From positions 496,001-560,000 of the forward strand of contig PS015009.1 of assembly GCA_048213135.1 (NCBI GenBank): a stretch of 64,000 nucleotides of DNA, written 5' to 3'. The DNA is from Reclinomonas americana ATCC 50394. Its lineage: Eukaryota. Below the pieces are notes generated by a model. It was not told the origin of the DNA. It did not search any database and worked only from the letters and a program-made list of their open reading frames with translations. Each line of letters begins with the position of its first letter. Positions within the stretch are counted from its first letter, which is position 1. Of the stretch, positions 9,614 through 21,200 are shown piece by piece. Made by a program: the position numbers and the translations under genes.

Positions 9614-11266
9614 TCAGAATATCGCTATCCTGGTGGTTTCAAATTCCTGTGTCGTGCTCAGCTGGAGATTATCCAATTTATCATAAATAAGACCAAAACC
9701 TTTGGCATACCATCTTTCTTCTTCAGCCACAGCAATATCGCCCAGGCCTATATTAGCGAGGTAGGTATATTTCACTTTAATGACCCTGGTGTAGGTATTC
9801 CCGGCCACGGTAGCGCTTACACCTTTGGCGATGATCTCCGCGGTAATTTTCGCGGTAAGCGGTATACCGCCCGAGCTGTTGCTGCCCAGGTTATCGGTCC
9901 AGGTAGCGCCCACATTCAGTGACGAGTCCAGCAGTTTGATTTCTTTATTGATGGGATTGTCGAGTAAGCCGAAGTCGCCATCGAGGAACTGGTAATACGA
10001 GTTGACCGCTTTACGCTGGTACAGCGAATCGGTGGGTGTGCCGGTATCGAGTGTTTCGAAGATACGGTATACCTGGCCTGAAAAGGTTTTGGTATCGGTG
10101 CTGGCTTTTATATAAGTGGTGTCGCCTGGTGCTCCGCCAACGAGCCTTGCCGACCAGTTGCTGAATGGTGTTTGCGGTAAATAATCGAGGTTGGTCACCG
10201 GTGGCGGTGTGGTGCCGGAACTGGTAATGGAAAAAGTACAGTTGCTGCCCGGCGCTGCGGCGGTATAGTTGAAAGTGCCAGCAGCTGTTGGTGTACCGCT
10301 GGCATCAAGTACGATGGTTTGTACACCTGTGGACGTAAAGGTCCCGTTCTTGCTGAACGAAATGCCATTCACCATGGCGGCGGTAATACTGTAGGTGCCG
10401 ATGGTGGTTACATTTGCTTTGAGGCTTACGGTATTGGTAGCATTGGTAGCTGTGCCGGCAGTATAGGTTCCGTTGGAAACAGCGCCTGAACAGTTGCCGG
10501 GGCTGCCTTCAAGCGAGTATACAGCCGATCCGGAGCCTGCGGGTAATACAGTAATATCATAGCTGCAGGTGGTGCCTGCATTGGAAGGCGTGAAAGCGAA
10601 TGTTCCGCCTGCAACCGGTGTTCCCGAAGCCTGCAGGGTAATGCCTTGTGTACCGGTAGTGGTAAAACCGCCCGAACCGCTGAACGTAATGCCGTTCACC
10701 GTGGTGGTGGTTAAACTATAGGTGCCGATGGTGGTCACGTTCACGGAAAAGTTCACCCAGTTGGTGGCGTCGGTGGGTATACCGGCAGTATACGTACCGT
10801 TAACGGTGAAACCCACGCAGTTGCCGGGTGAGCCGTCGAGGGTAAAGATGGCGGCGCCGGTACTGGGACCAAAAACGGTAACATCAAAAGTACAGGTGCT
10901 GGTGCCGAAGGTAACGGTGAAAGTATGGGTGCCTGCGGCGAGTGGTTTACCGCTGCCCAAAAGCCGTATGGTATTGAGACCGGTACCCATGGTGCCCGTC
11001 TTGCTGAAGGAATAACCGTTGATGGTGTCGGATTTAATCTCGAAAGTACCGCCGTTAACGGCATTCACCTGCACATCTACAAAATTGTCAGCTTTAAGGG
11101 TGCTGTCTACCCGGTAGATGCCGTTGATCGTAACGGGAGCACAGTTACCTGCTCCGTCTTTCTTAAATGCCCCGGTAGCTATGCCATCACCTTCCAGTTC
11201 CTTCTGGCAGGCGGAAAAACCCGCCACTGCCACGGCCAGCCCCAACAACCATTTAAGCAGTCTCAT
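9614..11266 (-). CDS. Surface lipoprotein paralog with three of the same repeats and a different C-terminal domain
   Basis: Lipobox FSAC-QKE; first repeat closely similar to that of 7507-9579 (KDGAGNCAP..NGIYRVDS). Confidence 0.85.
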   Translation of the reverse strand: MRLLKWLLGLAVAVAGFSACQKELEGDGIATGAFKKDGAGNCAPVTINGIYRVDSTLKADNFVDVQVNAVNGGTFEIKSDTINGYSFSKTGTMGTGLNTIRLLGSGKPLAAGTHTFTVTFGTSTCTFDVTVFGPSTGAAIFTLDGSPGNCVGFTVNGTYTAGIPTDATNWVNFSVNVTTIGTYSLTTTTVNGITFSGSGGFTTTGTQGITLQASGTPVAGGTFAFTPSNAGTTCSYDITVLPAGSGSAVYSLEGSPGNCSGAVSNGTYTAGTATNATNTVSLKANVTTIGTYSITAAMVNGISFSKNGTFTSTGVQTIVLDASGTPTAAGTFNYTAAAPGSNCTFSITSSGTTPPPVTNLDYLPQTPFSNWSARLVGGAPGDTTYIKASTDTKTFSGQVYRIFETLDTGTPTDSLYQRKAVNSYYQFLDGDFGLLDNPINKEIKLLDSSLNVGATWTDNLGSNSSGGIPLTAKITAEIIAKGVSATVAGNTYTRVIKVKYTYLANIGLGDIAVAEEERWYAKGFGLIYDKLDNLQLSTTQEFETTRIAIF

Positions 11267-11298
11267 GTAATTGTTATTATGGAATAAAGATAAGTGTT

Positions 11299-12006
11299 TT
11301 ACGAGACCTGCGATTCATCGTTCACCAATGCCCCGGTTTCTACTGTATGACTTTGCTGGTCCTTATTTCGCTGCCTGAAAAACCTTTTCTGGAAAACCAG
11401 TATGGTGAGTACGCCGGTGGTAATGGAGGCGTCGGCAATATTAAATATCGGCCGGAAAAATTCAAAGTCCTGCCCGCCCCAGAAAGGCACCCAGGAAGGG
11501 AAAGTACCCCTGAAAACGGGGAAATACAGCATATCCACTACGTTGCCATGCAGGAAGGATGAATACCCCCTTGACGAAAATTTGGCCAGGTAAGGCTGCA
11601 TATCATTAGCTATTACATTATACATATTAGTGGCGGGGTCCATCCCCTTGTCAAAGATCATACCGTAAAAACAGCTGTCTATGAGGTTGCCCAGCGCTCC
11701 GGCATATACCAGCCCGGCACAGATAATAAAGCCTTTGTGGTATTTTTCTTTGATGATCTTACCGAGGTACCAGGTACCAAAGATCACCGCCAGCAGCCTG
11801 AAGATGGTCAGCGCCATTTTGCCCAGGTTACCCCCGAATTTCCAGCCATAGGCCATACCCGGATTTTCCACGAAATACAACTGGAAACGACTGCCGATCA
11901 CGTTATGATGTTCATTAAGTCCGTAATGGGTCTTGATCCAGATTTTAAGCACCTGGTCGGCGGCTACAATAAGAAAAATAATAAAGGCTATATGTCTTGC
12001 TTTCAT
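11299..12006 (-). CDS. lspA: Lipoprotein signal peptidase II
   Basis: DQVLK, ENPGMA, GALGNLID, VVDM and FNIAD motifs. Confidence 0.95.
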   Translation of the reverse strand: MKARHIAFIIFLIVAADQVLKIWIKTHYGLNEHHNVIGSRFQLYFVENPGMAYGWKFGGNLGKMALTIFRLLAVIFGTWYLGKIIKEKYHKGFIICAGLVYAGALGNLIDSCFYGMIFDKGMDPATNMYNVIANDMQPYLAKFSSRGYSSFLHGNVVDMLYFPVFRGTFPSWVPFWGGQDFEFFRPIFNIADASITTGVLTILVFQKRFFRQRNKDQQSHTVETGALVNDESQVS

Positions 12007-12070
12007 AATCGGTGTAAAGATATGGGTTTAGGAGATGTGAGATGCAGGAGACAGGATGCCGGATAACACA

Positions 12071-12093
12071 TTCGTAATTGATAATTCGTAATT
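12071..12093. repeat. Heptamer ladder TTCGTAA-TTGATAA-TTCGTAA
   Basis: Read directly; the same motif occurs at 56664-56691 and, reversed, at 63194-63214. Confidence 0.7.
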
Positions 12094-12098
12094 ATTTA

Positions 12099-14615
12099 TC
12101 ATTCTTCATAATACACCCGTTTCACCCTTTGCGATATACCGGTGAGTATCTCATAAGCGATCGTCTGCGCCCCCCGGGCCATGTCGCTCACGGACAGCTG
12201 TTCACCAAAAACGATCACCTCATCACCTTCCCGGGCATCGGCGCCGGTTATATCCAGCATCGTCATGTCCATACACACATTGCCGATCACGGGAACCAGG
12301 CTGCCGTTCACCCACATCTTCCCTGTCCCGTTGCTCAGCAGCCTCGGGTAACCGTCGGCATAACCGATACGTACTGTGGCAATAATGGAATCTTTTGTGG
12401 CTACGCCTTTGCGGCTGTACCCTACACTGTCTCCTGCCTTCACCCTTTTTACCTGCGAAATGGTGGTCTTTAATGTTGTTACGTTGCGCAACTGCTGCTG
12501 CATGGCGGCATTGCCATCAACGCCGTACAGGCCAATGCCCAGGCGCACCATGTCAAACTGCAATTGTTTATGCCGGTGAATGGCGGAGGTATTGGCAATA
12601 TGGCGGATGAAGGGATAACCTATCGCTTCTTTCAACTGATCCGAAGAAGCGATGAATGACGCGGCCTGCGCCTGTGTAAAGCCATCATGCTCGGCGGCAT
12701 CGCTGGCAGCCAGGTGCGAAAACACGGATTGTATTTTGAAAGCCTGTGTTTGCCGCAAACGGTTACAGAGTTCTCCTATATCGGATGGTTCAAAACCCAG
12801 GCGGCGCATACCGGTGTCCAGTTTTATGTGTACCGGATAGTTGCGTATGCCCAGCGCATTCAGGTATTGTTCAAACGCGTTCCAGATGGAAAAAGCGTAC
12901 AGTTCGGGCTCCAGGTTGTGCTGCACCATGACGTCGAAGCTGCTTTCCTCGGCGTTCATTACCATGATGGGCAGACTGATGCCTGCTTTGCGCAGCTCCA
13001 CGCCTTCATCGGCATAGGCCACAGCGAGGTAATCTACTTTATGGAACTGCAGCAGGTTGGCGATCTCGAAACTGCCGCTGCCATAACTGAAGGCTTTCAC
13101 CATGGCCATCAGTTTCACCCCGGGATCGAGCTGCTGCTGGTATTGCCTGAGGTTATGGGTTATGGCGTTGAGGTTGATCTCGAGTACGGTTTGGTGCACT
13201 TGCTGTTCGAGCAGGTGAACGATCTGTTCAAAGCCAAATACCCGTGCGCCTTTCAGCAGGATGGTCTCCTGGTTGAAATGCAGGGAATGGAACTGCTGCC
13301 TGAATTCAGCTGTCGATAAAAAGAAAGCGGTCTGCGGTATGTTGTCAAATAATGATTGCCAGCGGCTGATGGCGGGACCAATACCAATAAAGCGGTTGAT
13401 CTTTTTTTGCCCGATGATACCGGCCACGGCTTTATACAACGCTTCTTCATCTTTACCTGATTGCAATATATCACTGAGGATAACAGTACGTTTGGGATAC
13501 TGTTGCTGCTGCTGCAAAAAGTCGAGCGCTATGGTAAGTGAATTGATATCGGCACTGTAACTGTCGTTGATCACCGATGTATGGTTGATGCCCTGTTTCA
13601 GCTCCAGCCGCATTTCCACGGGCTTCAGCCTGGCCATCCTCTCCCTGATCAGGTCGGTGGCTGTACCCATGTAGCAGAGTACGGCACAGCAGGTAATGGC
13701 GTTGGCAATGGAAGCTTCATCAGTAAAGGGTATGGTAAAACTGAACTGTTCACCGGGCGGAAAAACAGAACCTGCCGGCGCATTGTATATCATTTCAAGC
13801 GTGGTCTTCCCCGCCTTTCTTTCCATACGAATCATTTTCAGCCGGCAATCGCTGTTGATGGCTGTACCCCAGGGAAAGAGTGCTGTAGTTCCTTCAGGAA
13901 ATATTTGTTGCAACTCCCGGTTGAGCAGGGGATTTTCCGCTCCGTAAATAAGCACTTCGGCGCTGGTGAACAGTTTCGCTTTTTCACTGATCTTTTGCTC
14001 CATGCTGCTGAAGCCTTCATCATGCGCTTCGCCGATATTGGTGAATACGCCAATGGTAGGTTGTATCACCTGCTGCAGGTGTTCCATTTCACCGGGCTGT
14101 GAAATACCGGCTTCAAAAATGGCAAGGGTATGCGTTTCATTCATCTCCCACACACTCAGGGGTACACCCGTTTGCGAATTATAACTCCTGGGACTGCGTA
14201 CAATTACATAGTCATCCTGCAACAGTTGACAAAGCCATTCTTTCACGATGGTTTTGCCATTACTTCCGGTGATGCCGATAACGGGAATGGAGAAACGCTT
14301 ACGGTGATGAGCGGCTACCGCCTGTAACGCCAACAGTACATTTTCAACCAATAAAAAATTGGCGCCGGGAAACGATGCGGCCTGTTGTGATGAGAAGTGG
14401 CTGTCCACAATAAAAACACGTACGCCTTTCTGGTACAGCTCCTCAATAAAAGCGCCCCCGCTCCTGCGTGGTCCGCCGAGAGCAAAAAAGGCGGTACTGC
14501 CGGGGAACAATAATTTGCGGCTGTCAGTCAGCAGGTGTACCACTTCCACCGGTTCGCCTTCCTGCAGCGCCCGGGCATTGATGACCGTTCTTATTTCGTG
14601 CGTGTTGTAAGCCAC
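12099..14615 (-). CDS. alr: Bifunctional MurF-like / alanine racemase
   Basis: GITGSNGKT P-loop; INDSYS; MVKAFSYGSG (PLP lysine); GYADG; CMDM; GTG start. Confidence 0.95.
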   Translation of the reverse strand: MAYNTHEIRTVINARALQEGEPVEVVHLLTDSRKLLFPGSTAFFALGGPRRSGGAFIEELYQKGVRVFIVDSHFSSQQAASFPGANFLLVENVLLALQAVAAHHRKRFSIPVIGITGSNGKTIVKEWLCQLLQDDYVIVRSPRSYNSQTGVPLSVWEMNETHTLAIFEAGISQPGEMEHLQQVIQPTIGVFTNIGEAHDEGFSSMEQKISEKAKLFTSAEVLIYGAENPLLNRELQQIFPEGTTALFPWGTAINSDCRLKMIRMERKAGKTTLEMIYNAPAGSVFPPGEQFSFTIPFTDEASIANAITCCAVLCYMGTATDLIRERMARLKPVEMRLELKQGINHTSVINDSYSADINSLTIALDFLQQQQQYPKRTVILSDILQSGKDEEALYKAVAGIIGQKKINRFIGIGPAISRWQSLFDNIPQTAFFLSTAEFRQQFHSLHFNQETILLKGARVFGFEQIVHLLEQQVHQTVLEINLNAITHNLRQYQQQLDPGVKLMAMVKAFSYGSGSFEIANLLQFHKVDYLAVAYADEGVELRKAGISLPIMVMNAEESSFDVMVQHNLEPELYAFSIWNAFEQYLNALGIRNYPVHIKLDTGMRRLGFEPSDIGELCNRLRQTQAFKIQSVFSHLAASDAAEHDGFTQAQAASFIASSDQLKEAIGYPFIRHIANTSAIHRHKQLQFDMVRLGIGLYGVDGNAAMQQQLRNVTTLKTTISQVKRVKAGDSVGYSRKGVATKDSIIATVRIGYADGYPRLLSNGTGKMWVNGSLVPVIGNVCMDMTMLDITGADAREGDEVIVFGEQLSVSDMARGAQTIAYEILTGISQRVKRVYYEE

Positions 14616-14649
14616 TTGATGTACTTATAAATAGGGAACGACCGGAAAC

Positions 14650-15639
14650 TTATTCGGGCTCATCGCCATGCGGTATTCCCTTTCGTTTATGATAGATAGA
14701 ATAAATGATCGATCCTGAAATACATACCACGATCATCAACAACGATACCCATACAGGCACATGCAGCCAGCTGCCTTCCACACCGGCATAATGCAGCAGG
14801 GGCAGCAGCATTTTCACCCCGATGAACAGCAGTACGATCGCGATGCCCTGCTGGAGGTAATCGAATTTATTGGCGGCGCCTTCCAGTAAAAAGAAGAGGC
14901 TGCGCAGGCCGAGTACGGCAAAAATATTGGAAGAGTAGATCAGCAGTTTTTTACTGGGATCGGGGATGATGGAGAATACCGCGGGAATAGAGTCTACGGC
15001 AAAAACAATATCGATCAGCCCAAGCATTACCACCACCATGGCCAGGCGGGTGAAAAAAACCTTGTTGTCTTTTTTAATGATGAAACGGCCGTTGGGTTCG
15101 TCATCGGTAGTACGCAGCAATTTGCGCATCAGTTTATAAGCCCAGTTCTTACCGGGGTCAAACTCTTCCTCATCGCCGGCACTGAACATTTTAATACCGG
15201 TGATCACCAGGAAGATGCCAAATACATACATGATCCAGTCGAAGCGGGCCACCAGCTGGCTGCCCAGCGCGATGAACAATATGCGGAAGATAATGGCCAT
15301 GAGTATACCCATGAGCAGTACCCTCGACTGATTGCTTTTCTTTACTTTAAAGAAATCAAAGATGATAATGAAAACAAAAATATTGTCGATCGACAAAGAC
15401 CACTCCAGCAGGTAGGCGGAAATAAAGGAAATGGCGTCGGACTTACCCTGGCCATTCTCATTCTGCAGCCAGACAAATCCGCAGAAAGCGAATGAAAGTC
15501 CCACCCAGAACAATGTCTGCAGTAACGCGGTCTTTAAACTGATCACCGCGTTCTTCTTGCTCAGCAGTCCCAGGTCGAAAGCCAGTGCGGCCACGATCAC
15601 AGCGCTGAAAACGATATAAAAAACCTGGGTCTTATCCAT
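14650..15639 (-). CDS. TerC/Alx family metal homeostasis membrane protein
   Basis: LEWSLSIDN, DIVFAVDSIPA and SNIFAVLGLR motifs; start moved to the ATG just after the gldG stop. Confidence 0.92.
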   Translation of the reverse strand: MDKTQVFYIVFSAVIVAALAFDLGLLSKKNAVISLKTALLQTLFWVGLSFAFCGFVWLQNENGQGKSDAISFISAYLLEWSLSIDNIFVFIIIFDFFKVKKSNQSRVLLMGILMAIIFRILFIALGSQLVARFDWIMYVFGIFLVITGIKMFSAGDEEEFDPGKNWAYKLMRKLLRTTDDEPNGRFIIKKDNKVFFTRLAMVVVMLGLIDIVFAVDSIPAVFSIIPDPSKKLLIYSSNIFAVLGLRSLFFLLEGAANKFDYLQQGIAIVLLFIGVKMLLPLLHYAGVEGSWLHVPVWVSLLMIVVCISGSIIYSIYHKRKGIPHGDEPE

Positions 15640-15641
15640 AC

Positions 15642-17348
15642 TTAACGTGTATATTTTCTTTTGCGCAGCAACTGGTAGATCACCGCGAACAGGAATACTA
15701 ATAATATTGGCACGGCAATATTGATGAACTGCCACATACCGCGTTGCGCTTCCATTTTTTTAGGATCGAGCAAACGCAGTTTATAATCTTTCGCTTTTAC
15801 TTCCGCCAGCCCGGAAGGGTTGACCAGGTAATCGAGACAATTCTGTAAAAAATCGCGGTTGGCAAACTGGTACTCATGCTGCGATCCTACAGTAAAAGGG
15901 TTCATACCCATCGACAGGGGCTGGCCCTGCGACATGCTGTTGAGCACCATATCGCCGTCGGCTACTACAATGATCTTGTTGTCGTAAATATTATTGGACT
16001 GGTAAGTGGCGCCGTAGGCAGACAGGCTGTCGGCCATCTCTTTCGACAACCGGTTCCGGAACAGCGATGTAAACTTTCCTTCCAGCAGAACCGCTACAGG
16101 GATATTCGCCGTTTTGAATTTTTCATCTTCCGGCGCATTCACATTTTCCTTACCGCTGATGAGTGCCGGTGTTCCTATTTTTCTTGCATTGACGGAAGAA
16201 CTGAGCAGCACCGTTTTTTTGATGCCTTCCGCTTCCACTGTGTCGATCGAGTTCACGAATTTACCTGAAACAAAACCAAGGTTTTTATTGATGGGATGAT
16301 TGGAGCGGGAACTGAACACCGGGAAATAATTCCAGGAAAGGAATTCATATTGGCCGTTGCCGTTCACATCAAAAGGAAGGCGGTCGCTCTGCAGGTCCAT
16401 CACCAGGTCGTTGTTAACACGTATGCCATACCTGAACAACAGGTCGTTCAGCTCAAGCCCGCGGTCATAAGCGATCACTTCATTTTTAATGCGCAGGCTG
16501 TCCATTTCCGCTTCCAGTTTATCCACGAACATCAGCAGTTTGCCGCCCCGCATCACAAACTGGTCGATCTTCAGCTTTTCCTGATCGGTGAAAGCCTGTG
16601 TGGGTTTCACGATCAGCATTACTTTGAAGGTATCGGGTACCAGCGGTTGTGTGGCCAGGTTAAAGGTGAAGAGATTATAATCGGGGCGTAATACATTTTC
16701 TACCAAATCATAATTAACATAACTGCCTACCTGCGGCTCACCGTTACCGGTAGCGTAGGCCAGCATGGGTTTAACGGGGTTGCTGAGCTTGCTGATGGCA
16801 TTGGCGAATTCAAATTCCATCATAGCCTCAGCACTGTTGATCTCCTGACGGCTGATGTTGGGTATACCGTTGTACAAACGCAGGGGCATCACCTGTCCTT
16901 TATAACGCACCAGCGCGACAGGAAATACCAGTTGTTGTTTTTCGCCCGACTTCAGCTGCGACTTCAGGTTGATGGGATACAGGCCCAGTGCCGACAGTGT
17001 GTCGCCCCATTTTACATTTGTGCCGTCCATATCCTCTTCCGGGCTTACAAAATCGTAGCGCAGTTTATTACCCGCCACCTCGCGGAATTCCTGTAATGTT
17101 TCAGAAGTGCTGTTGGCCAGTTTTTTAAACCCGCTGGGGAATTCGCCTTTGAGGAAGACCTTTATTTCCACCACATCATCCAGCTGGCGGAGTATTTTTT
17201 TGGTAGGTGCCGAAAGCGTAAATCTTTTTTCGTTGGTAAGGTCGATACGGGCATGGAACATGGATGCCAGCCAGTTGATGGCTACCAGTATGACCAGAGT
17301 GATGGGCAACCAGATCGAACTTCTTCCTATTTTTTTCGCCAGGCTCAT
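15642..17348 (-). CDS. gldG: Gliding motility ABC transporter auxiliary component GldG
   Basis: RIDLTNEKRFTLS, KIDQFVMRGG and ANRDFLQNCLDYL; adjacent to gldF. Confidence 0.92.
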   Translation of the reverse strand: MSLAKKIGRSSIWLPITLVILVAINWLASMFHARIDLTNEKRFTLSAPTKKILRQLDDVVEIKVFLKGEFPSGFKKLANSTSETLQEFREVAGNKLRYDFVSPEEDMDGTNVKWGDTLSALGLYPINLKSQLKSGEKQQLVFPVALVRYKGQVMPLRLYNGIPNISRQEINSAEAMMEFEFANAISKLSNPVKPMLAYATGNGEPQVGSYVNYDLVENVLRPDYNLFTFNLATQPLVPDTFKVMLIVKPTQAFTDQEKLKIDQFVMRGGKLLMFVDKLEAEMDSLRIKNEVIAYDRGLELNDLLFRYGIRVNNDLVMDLQSDRLPFDVNGNGQYEFLSWNYFPVFSSRSNHPINKNLGFVSGKFVNSIDTVEAEGIKKTVLLSSSVNARKIGTPALISGKENVNAPEDEKFKTANIPVAVLLEGKFTSLFRNRLSKEMADSLSAYGATYQSNNIYDNKIIVVADGDMVLNSMSQGQPLSMGMNPFTVGSQHEYQFANRDFLQNCLDYLVNPSGLAEVKAKDYKLRLLDPKKMEAQRGMWQFINIAVPILLVFLFAVIYQLLRKRKYTR

Positions 17349-18067
17349 TATTTTTTGTGCAAGTTTTTAACGGTGATCAATAAGAAAAGGAAGATCACAC
17401 TGCCGAAATAAACAATATCGCGGCTGTCGACCACACCCCGGCTGATGCTCCTGTAATGAAAATCAATACCCAGCATCTCCACGTAATAATCCGGTCCGTT
17501 GGACAGGAAAGGTACCCGGCTCAATGCGCTGAAACCAAAGTACAGCACCAGGCAGGCAAAGGCACTGACCAGGAAGGCCACTACCGCGTTCTGTGTAAAA
17601 CCGCTGCAGCACAGGCCTACCGCCGCAAATACGGCACCCAGTAAAAAGAGGCCGATATAGCTGCCGGTGATACCGCCCGTATCAATGCCCTGTGTGCTCA
17701 GCATTTTGATGCAGATCACATATATAAAAGTAGGAACGATAACGAAGAAGAGGACCAGCAGTATGGCCATGTATTTGCCCAGTACCACCTGCCAGCGGGT
17801 AAGCGGCCGGGTTTGCAGTATCTCGAAAGTACCGGTGCGGAACTCATCCGACAGGGAGCGCATGGTAATGGCAGGCACGAGGAACATGAGGATCCAGGGT
17901 GCCAGTTCAAAGAATTTATCGAGAGACGCGTATCCGAATTCGAACAGGCTGCTGTCGGGCAGAAAAAAAAGAAAAAGCCCGTTGACCGCCAGGAAAAGGA
18001 CGATCGCGATATAACCCGTAAGATTGCTGAAAAACTGCTGTAACTCTTTTTTACAGATGCTCCGCAT
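17348..18067 (-). CDS. gldF: Gliding motility ABC transporter permease GldF
   Basis: PAITMRSLSDEFRTGTFEIL and HYRSISRGVVDSRD motifs. Confidence 0.92.
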   Translation of the reverse strand: MRSICKKELQQFFSNLTGYIAIVLFLAVNGLFLFFLPDSSLFEFGYASLDKFFELAPWILMFLVPAITMRSLSDEFRTGTFEILQTRPLTRWQVVLGKYMAILLVLFFVIVPTFIYVICIKMLSTQGIDTGGITGSYIGLFLLGAVFAAVGLCCSGFTQNAVVAFLVSAFACLVLYFGFSALSRVPFLSNGPDYYVEMLGIDFHYRSISRGVVDSRDIVYFGSVIFLFLLITVKNLHKK

Positions 18068-18221
18068 AAGGAATAAAATTGCTGCAATTTACTGATTACA
18101 ACCGTATAAAGCAGGATGGTTTTGATTTATAACTTTTTATATAGGCGACAGCCGTTTTTTTATTTACAAAAAGATAATCCCCGCTTCGGTTAATACGCAT
18201 TTTCCCCGTAGGCGAATACCC

Positions 18222-18229
18222 TATCTTTG
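18222..18229 (+). promoter_or_regulatory. Bacteroidota -7 promoter element (TATCTTTG)
   Basis: Matches TAnnTTTG about 70 bp upstream of the T9SS cargo gene. Confidence 0.5.
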
Positions 18230-18296
18230 GCGCTCATTCCAACATCTTATATCCTGAAAGACTTCGGTCCTTACCCCTGCATTTAAAATATTGAGA

Positions 18297-21200
18297 ATGA
18301 GAAAAATTTGCCTTGCATTGCTTGCCGTGCTCCTTTTGTCATCTGCCAGGAGCCAGTCTACCACCTTAGTGATCAGCCAGGTATATGGCGGCGGCCAGTC
18401 GGCCAGTGCTACTTACAACGCCGATTACGTTGAATTACACAACATTTCCAATGCCGCTATCAGCCTTAATGGCAAATCAGTGCAATATGGTGCTTCCGGC
18501 AATACCACCTGGACCGGGAATTTTGCCCTTCCCAATGTTTCCATACCTGCCGGAGGTTATTACCTGATCAGGATGAGCGCTACGGGTACAGGAGCAGCAC
18601 TACCCACCCCCGACGCCGTTTCGGGAACAATAGGCATGTCTGCAACCGCAGGCAAAGTGGCACTCGTAAATGGCACCAGCACTTTAGCCAACTGTTCTTC
18701 GGCATCTATTATTGATATGGTAGGATACGGTTCTGCCGTATGTTTTGAAGGTTCCGCAGCTTGTCCCGCCCTTACTGTAACCACTGCCGGGTTCCGGGCA
18801 TTAAATGGTTGCCAGGATACGGACCAGAATGGCACCGACTTCAGTACCGCAGCAGCCGCGCCACGCAACAGCGCCAGTGCGGTGAACCTGTGTTCGGCCT
18901 CCTGTTCCACCCCGTCGCAAAAACCAACGGATATGCGTTACGGAGGCTCTCCCACGTCTACCAGCATGACCGTTTATTTTACCAGAGGCAATGGCACCGG
19001 TTCGCTGGTGGTTTGCCGCCAGGGCGCACCCGTAAATGCTGTACCCACAGGCGGTACCGCGTATACGGCCAATACCACTTTCGGCTCAGGTACCGACCTG
19101 GGTGGAGGTAACTATGCGGTATTCAGCACCGCGTTCAAAGGTGTGAACGCTTTTACTGTAACCGGGCTCACAGCCGGTACCCAATATTATTTCTCCGCTT
19201 TTGAATATAACGACCCGGGTAAATGTTATACCGCCACCGGGCTGGTTGACAGCTTTACAGTTGGCAGTACCATTTTACATACCGGGGATATGGCGTTCAT
19301 CGGTTGGGATAATACCGCAGCTGCCAGCGGGGAAGACAAACTCTATATCATGAATACGGTTGACATCAGCAAAGGCACCCGCTTTTCCCTGGTCAACAGC
19401 CGTTTTGAGTCGGGCGCTGCTGCCAATACCCGTACCAACCGCTGGTACAGTGGCGGCGATGATCCTTACCAGAATCCGTATTGTTTTGAATTTGAATACG
19501 CGGGCGCTTCAGCAATAGCCAAGGGTTCCGTGATCTCTGTACAATCCAATTCTGTTTCAGGATTTACCGGTTTTACAATAAATGGTACCAGTGTTCCGTC
19601 CAGTGATTTTATCGTGATCAGTTCGGGTGTGAACAGTAACTTTTTATCAACCGCCGGCGGCGACCAGGTTTATATTGTGCAGGGCAGGTTTACACCTTAT
19701 GGCACTGCCGGTACCGACCGTTATAACCTGCTGAGTGGTGTTGTTCTTCATGGCTTCACAGCGGGCTTATCATGGGTGCCACTGACCAGCAGCGTGAGTG
19801 CAGCCACCAATGGCACGGGCCGTGAATCCCGTATTCCGCCGGATATCCTTTGCACCGCACTGGAATTCCCGCTGGCAGGCGATGCGTATGGTGTGTACAA
19901 ACGCAGCGCCGGTACTGCAGGCACCAAGAATGAATTGTTGTCGACTATACGCAACACCGCATCCAACTGGACCTCGGGAGCAGGCACCGCTACCGTGAAT
20001 GATGTACCCTTAAGCGAGCCGAACGTAAATAATAGTTATACCATTAATTTGTCCGCCAATGCCGACGGTGACTGGATAGGCACTACAAGCAGCGACTGGT
20101 TTGATTGTAATAACTGGGAAAGTCTGCATGTACCCGACAGCACCACCGATGCCGGTGCCGGGCAGGGGCTTCCTTTTTTCGCACAGATCAATGCAGCCAC
20201 AAGCACTTACGCGAAGCAATATGATTACATAGCCAGGGCAGGTTCACTTACCGTTGCCAATAATGGCAATGGCACACTTACCTTAACCGGCAGCGGCAAT
20301 GATAAGCTGGTGGTGGAAAAAAATCTTTCCGTAAGCCTGTGGGGCGGGCTGATATTTGAAAATAATGCCAATGCCCTTGGCGATACCATCTGGGTACATG
20401 GCGCTTTTTATTGCTCCCAGCCTGTGTTCGGTTTTACAAAAGGGATGGGCACCATAGTGATGGATGAAGCCCGCTTCAATGTTACACCTAATGTAATCCA
20501 GGCATCTGTTGGTACAAATGGTTTTTATACGCTGGTCATGAACAATACCCGCAGCGTGAATATCACAACTCCTGTAACAGTCAGCAACAACCTGAACCTG
20601 CAGAACGGTTACATCAATACCAGCACAGCAGGCACTTTTACGCTGGCGTCAACTGCAGGTATCACCAGCCCTGTAAATGTGTACGGACAAACCAACAAAG
20701 GCTGGTTCGGCAGTTTCGTGAATGGAAAAATGTATTATGATGCCGACGCGTCTTCCACCAATATGGTATTCCCCGTTGGTAAGTATACCACTACCGATAC
20801 CGCTTACGCACCGGCAGAACTCACCAAAACCAATACAACCGCAGCTACTTACGACGCGGAATATTTCCCCGTTGCGTACAGTGACCTCACCGTGGATATT
20901 GCCCAGCTGCACCATGTGAGCAAAGTGGAACACTGGCTCATCAACAGTACCGTAACCAGTGCCGACGCGAAAGTAACCCTCAGCTGGCGCCCCCGCAGCC
21001 AGGTGGGTAACGGCACCGCCAGCCTGGCTCCGCTGGACAGCCTTATGGTAAGCCATTACTTTGACGACGACGGTGCGGGTGGTAATCCTTACCTCTGGCA
21101 TGTGGATGGTGGCAGCAATGTGATCATGCCTAAAAATGCGGGGTATAATCTTAATTATGGCCTTATTACCACCATAGCATCAACCAGCACCTATTCACCC

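Noticed and set aside
7507-11266. Diversity-generating retroelement template/variable repeat pair
   Set aside because: The similarity is protein-level paralogy at the N-termini, differences are not adenine-specific, and no reverse transcriptase is present
12099-14615. MurF-Alr fusion as a novelty
   Set aside because: This fusion is common in Bacteroidota
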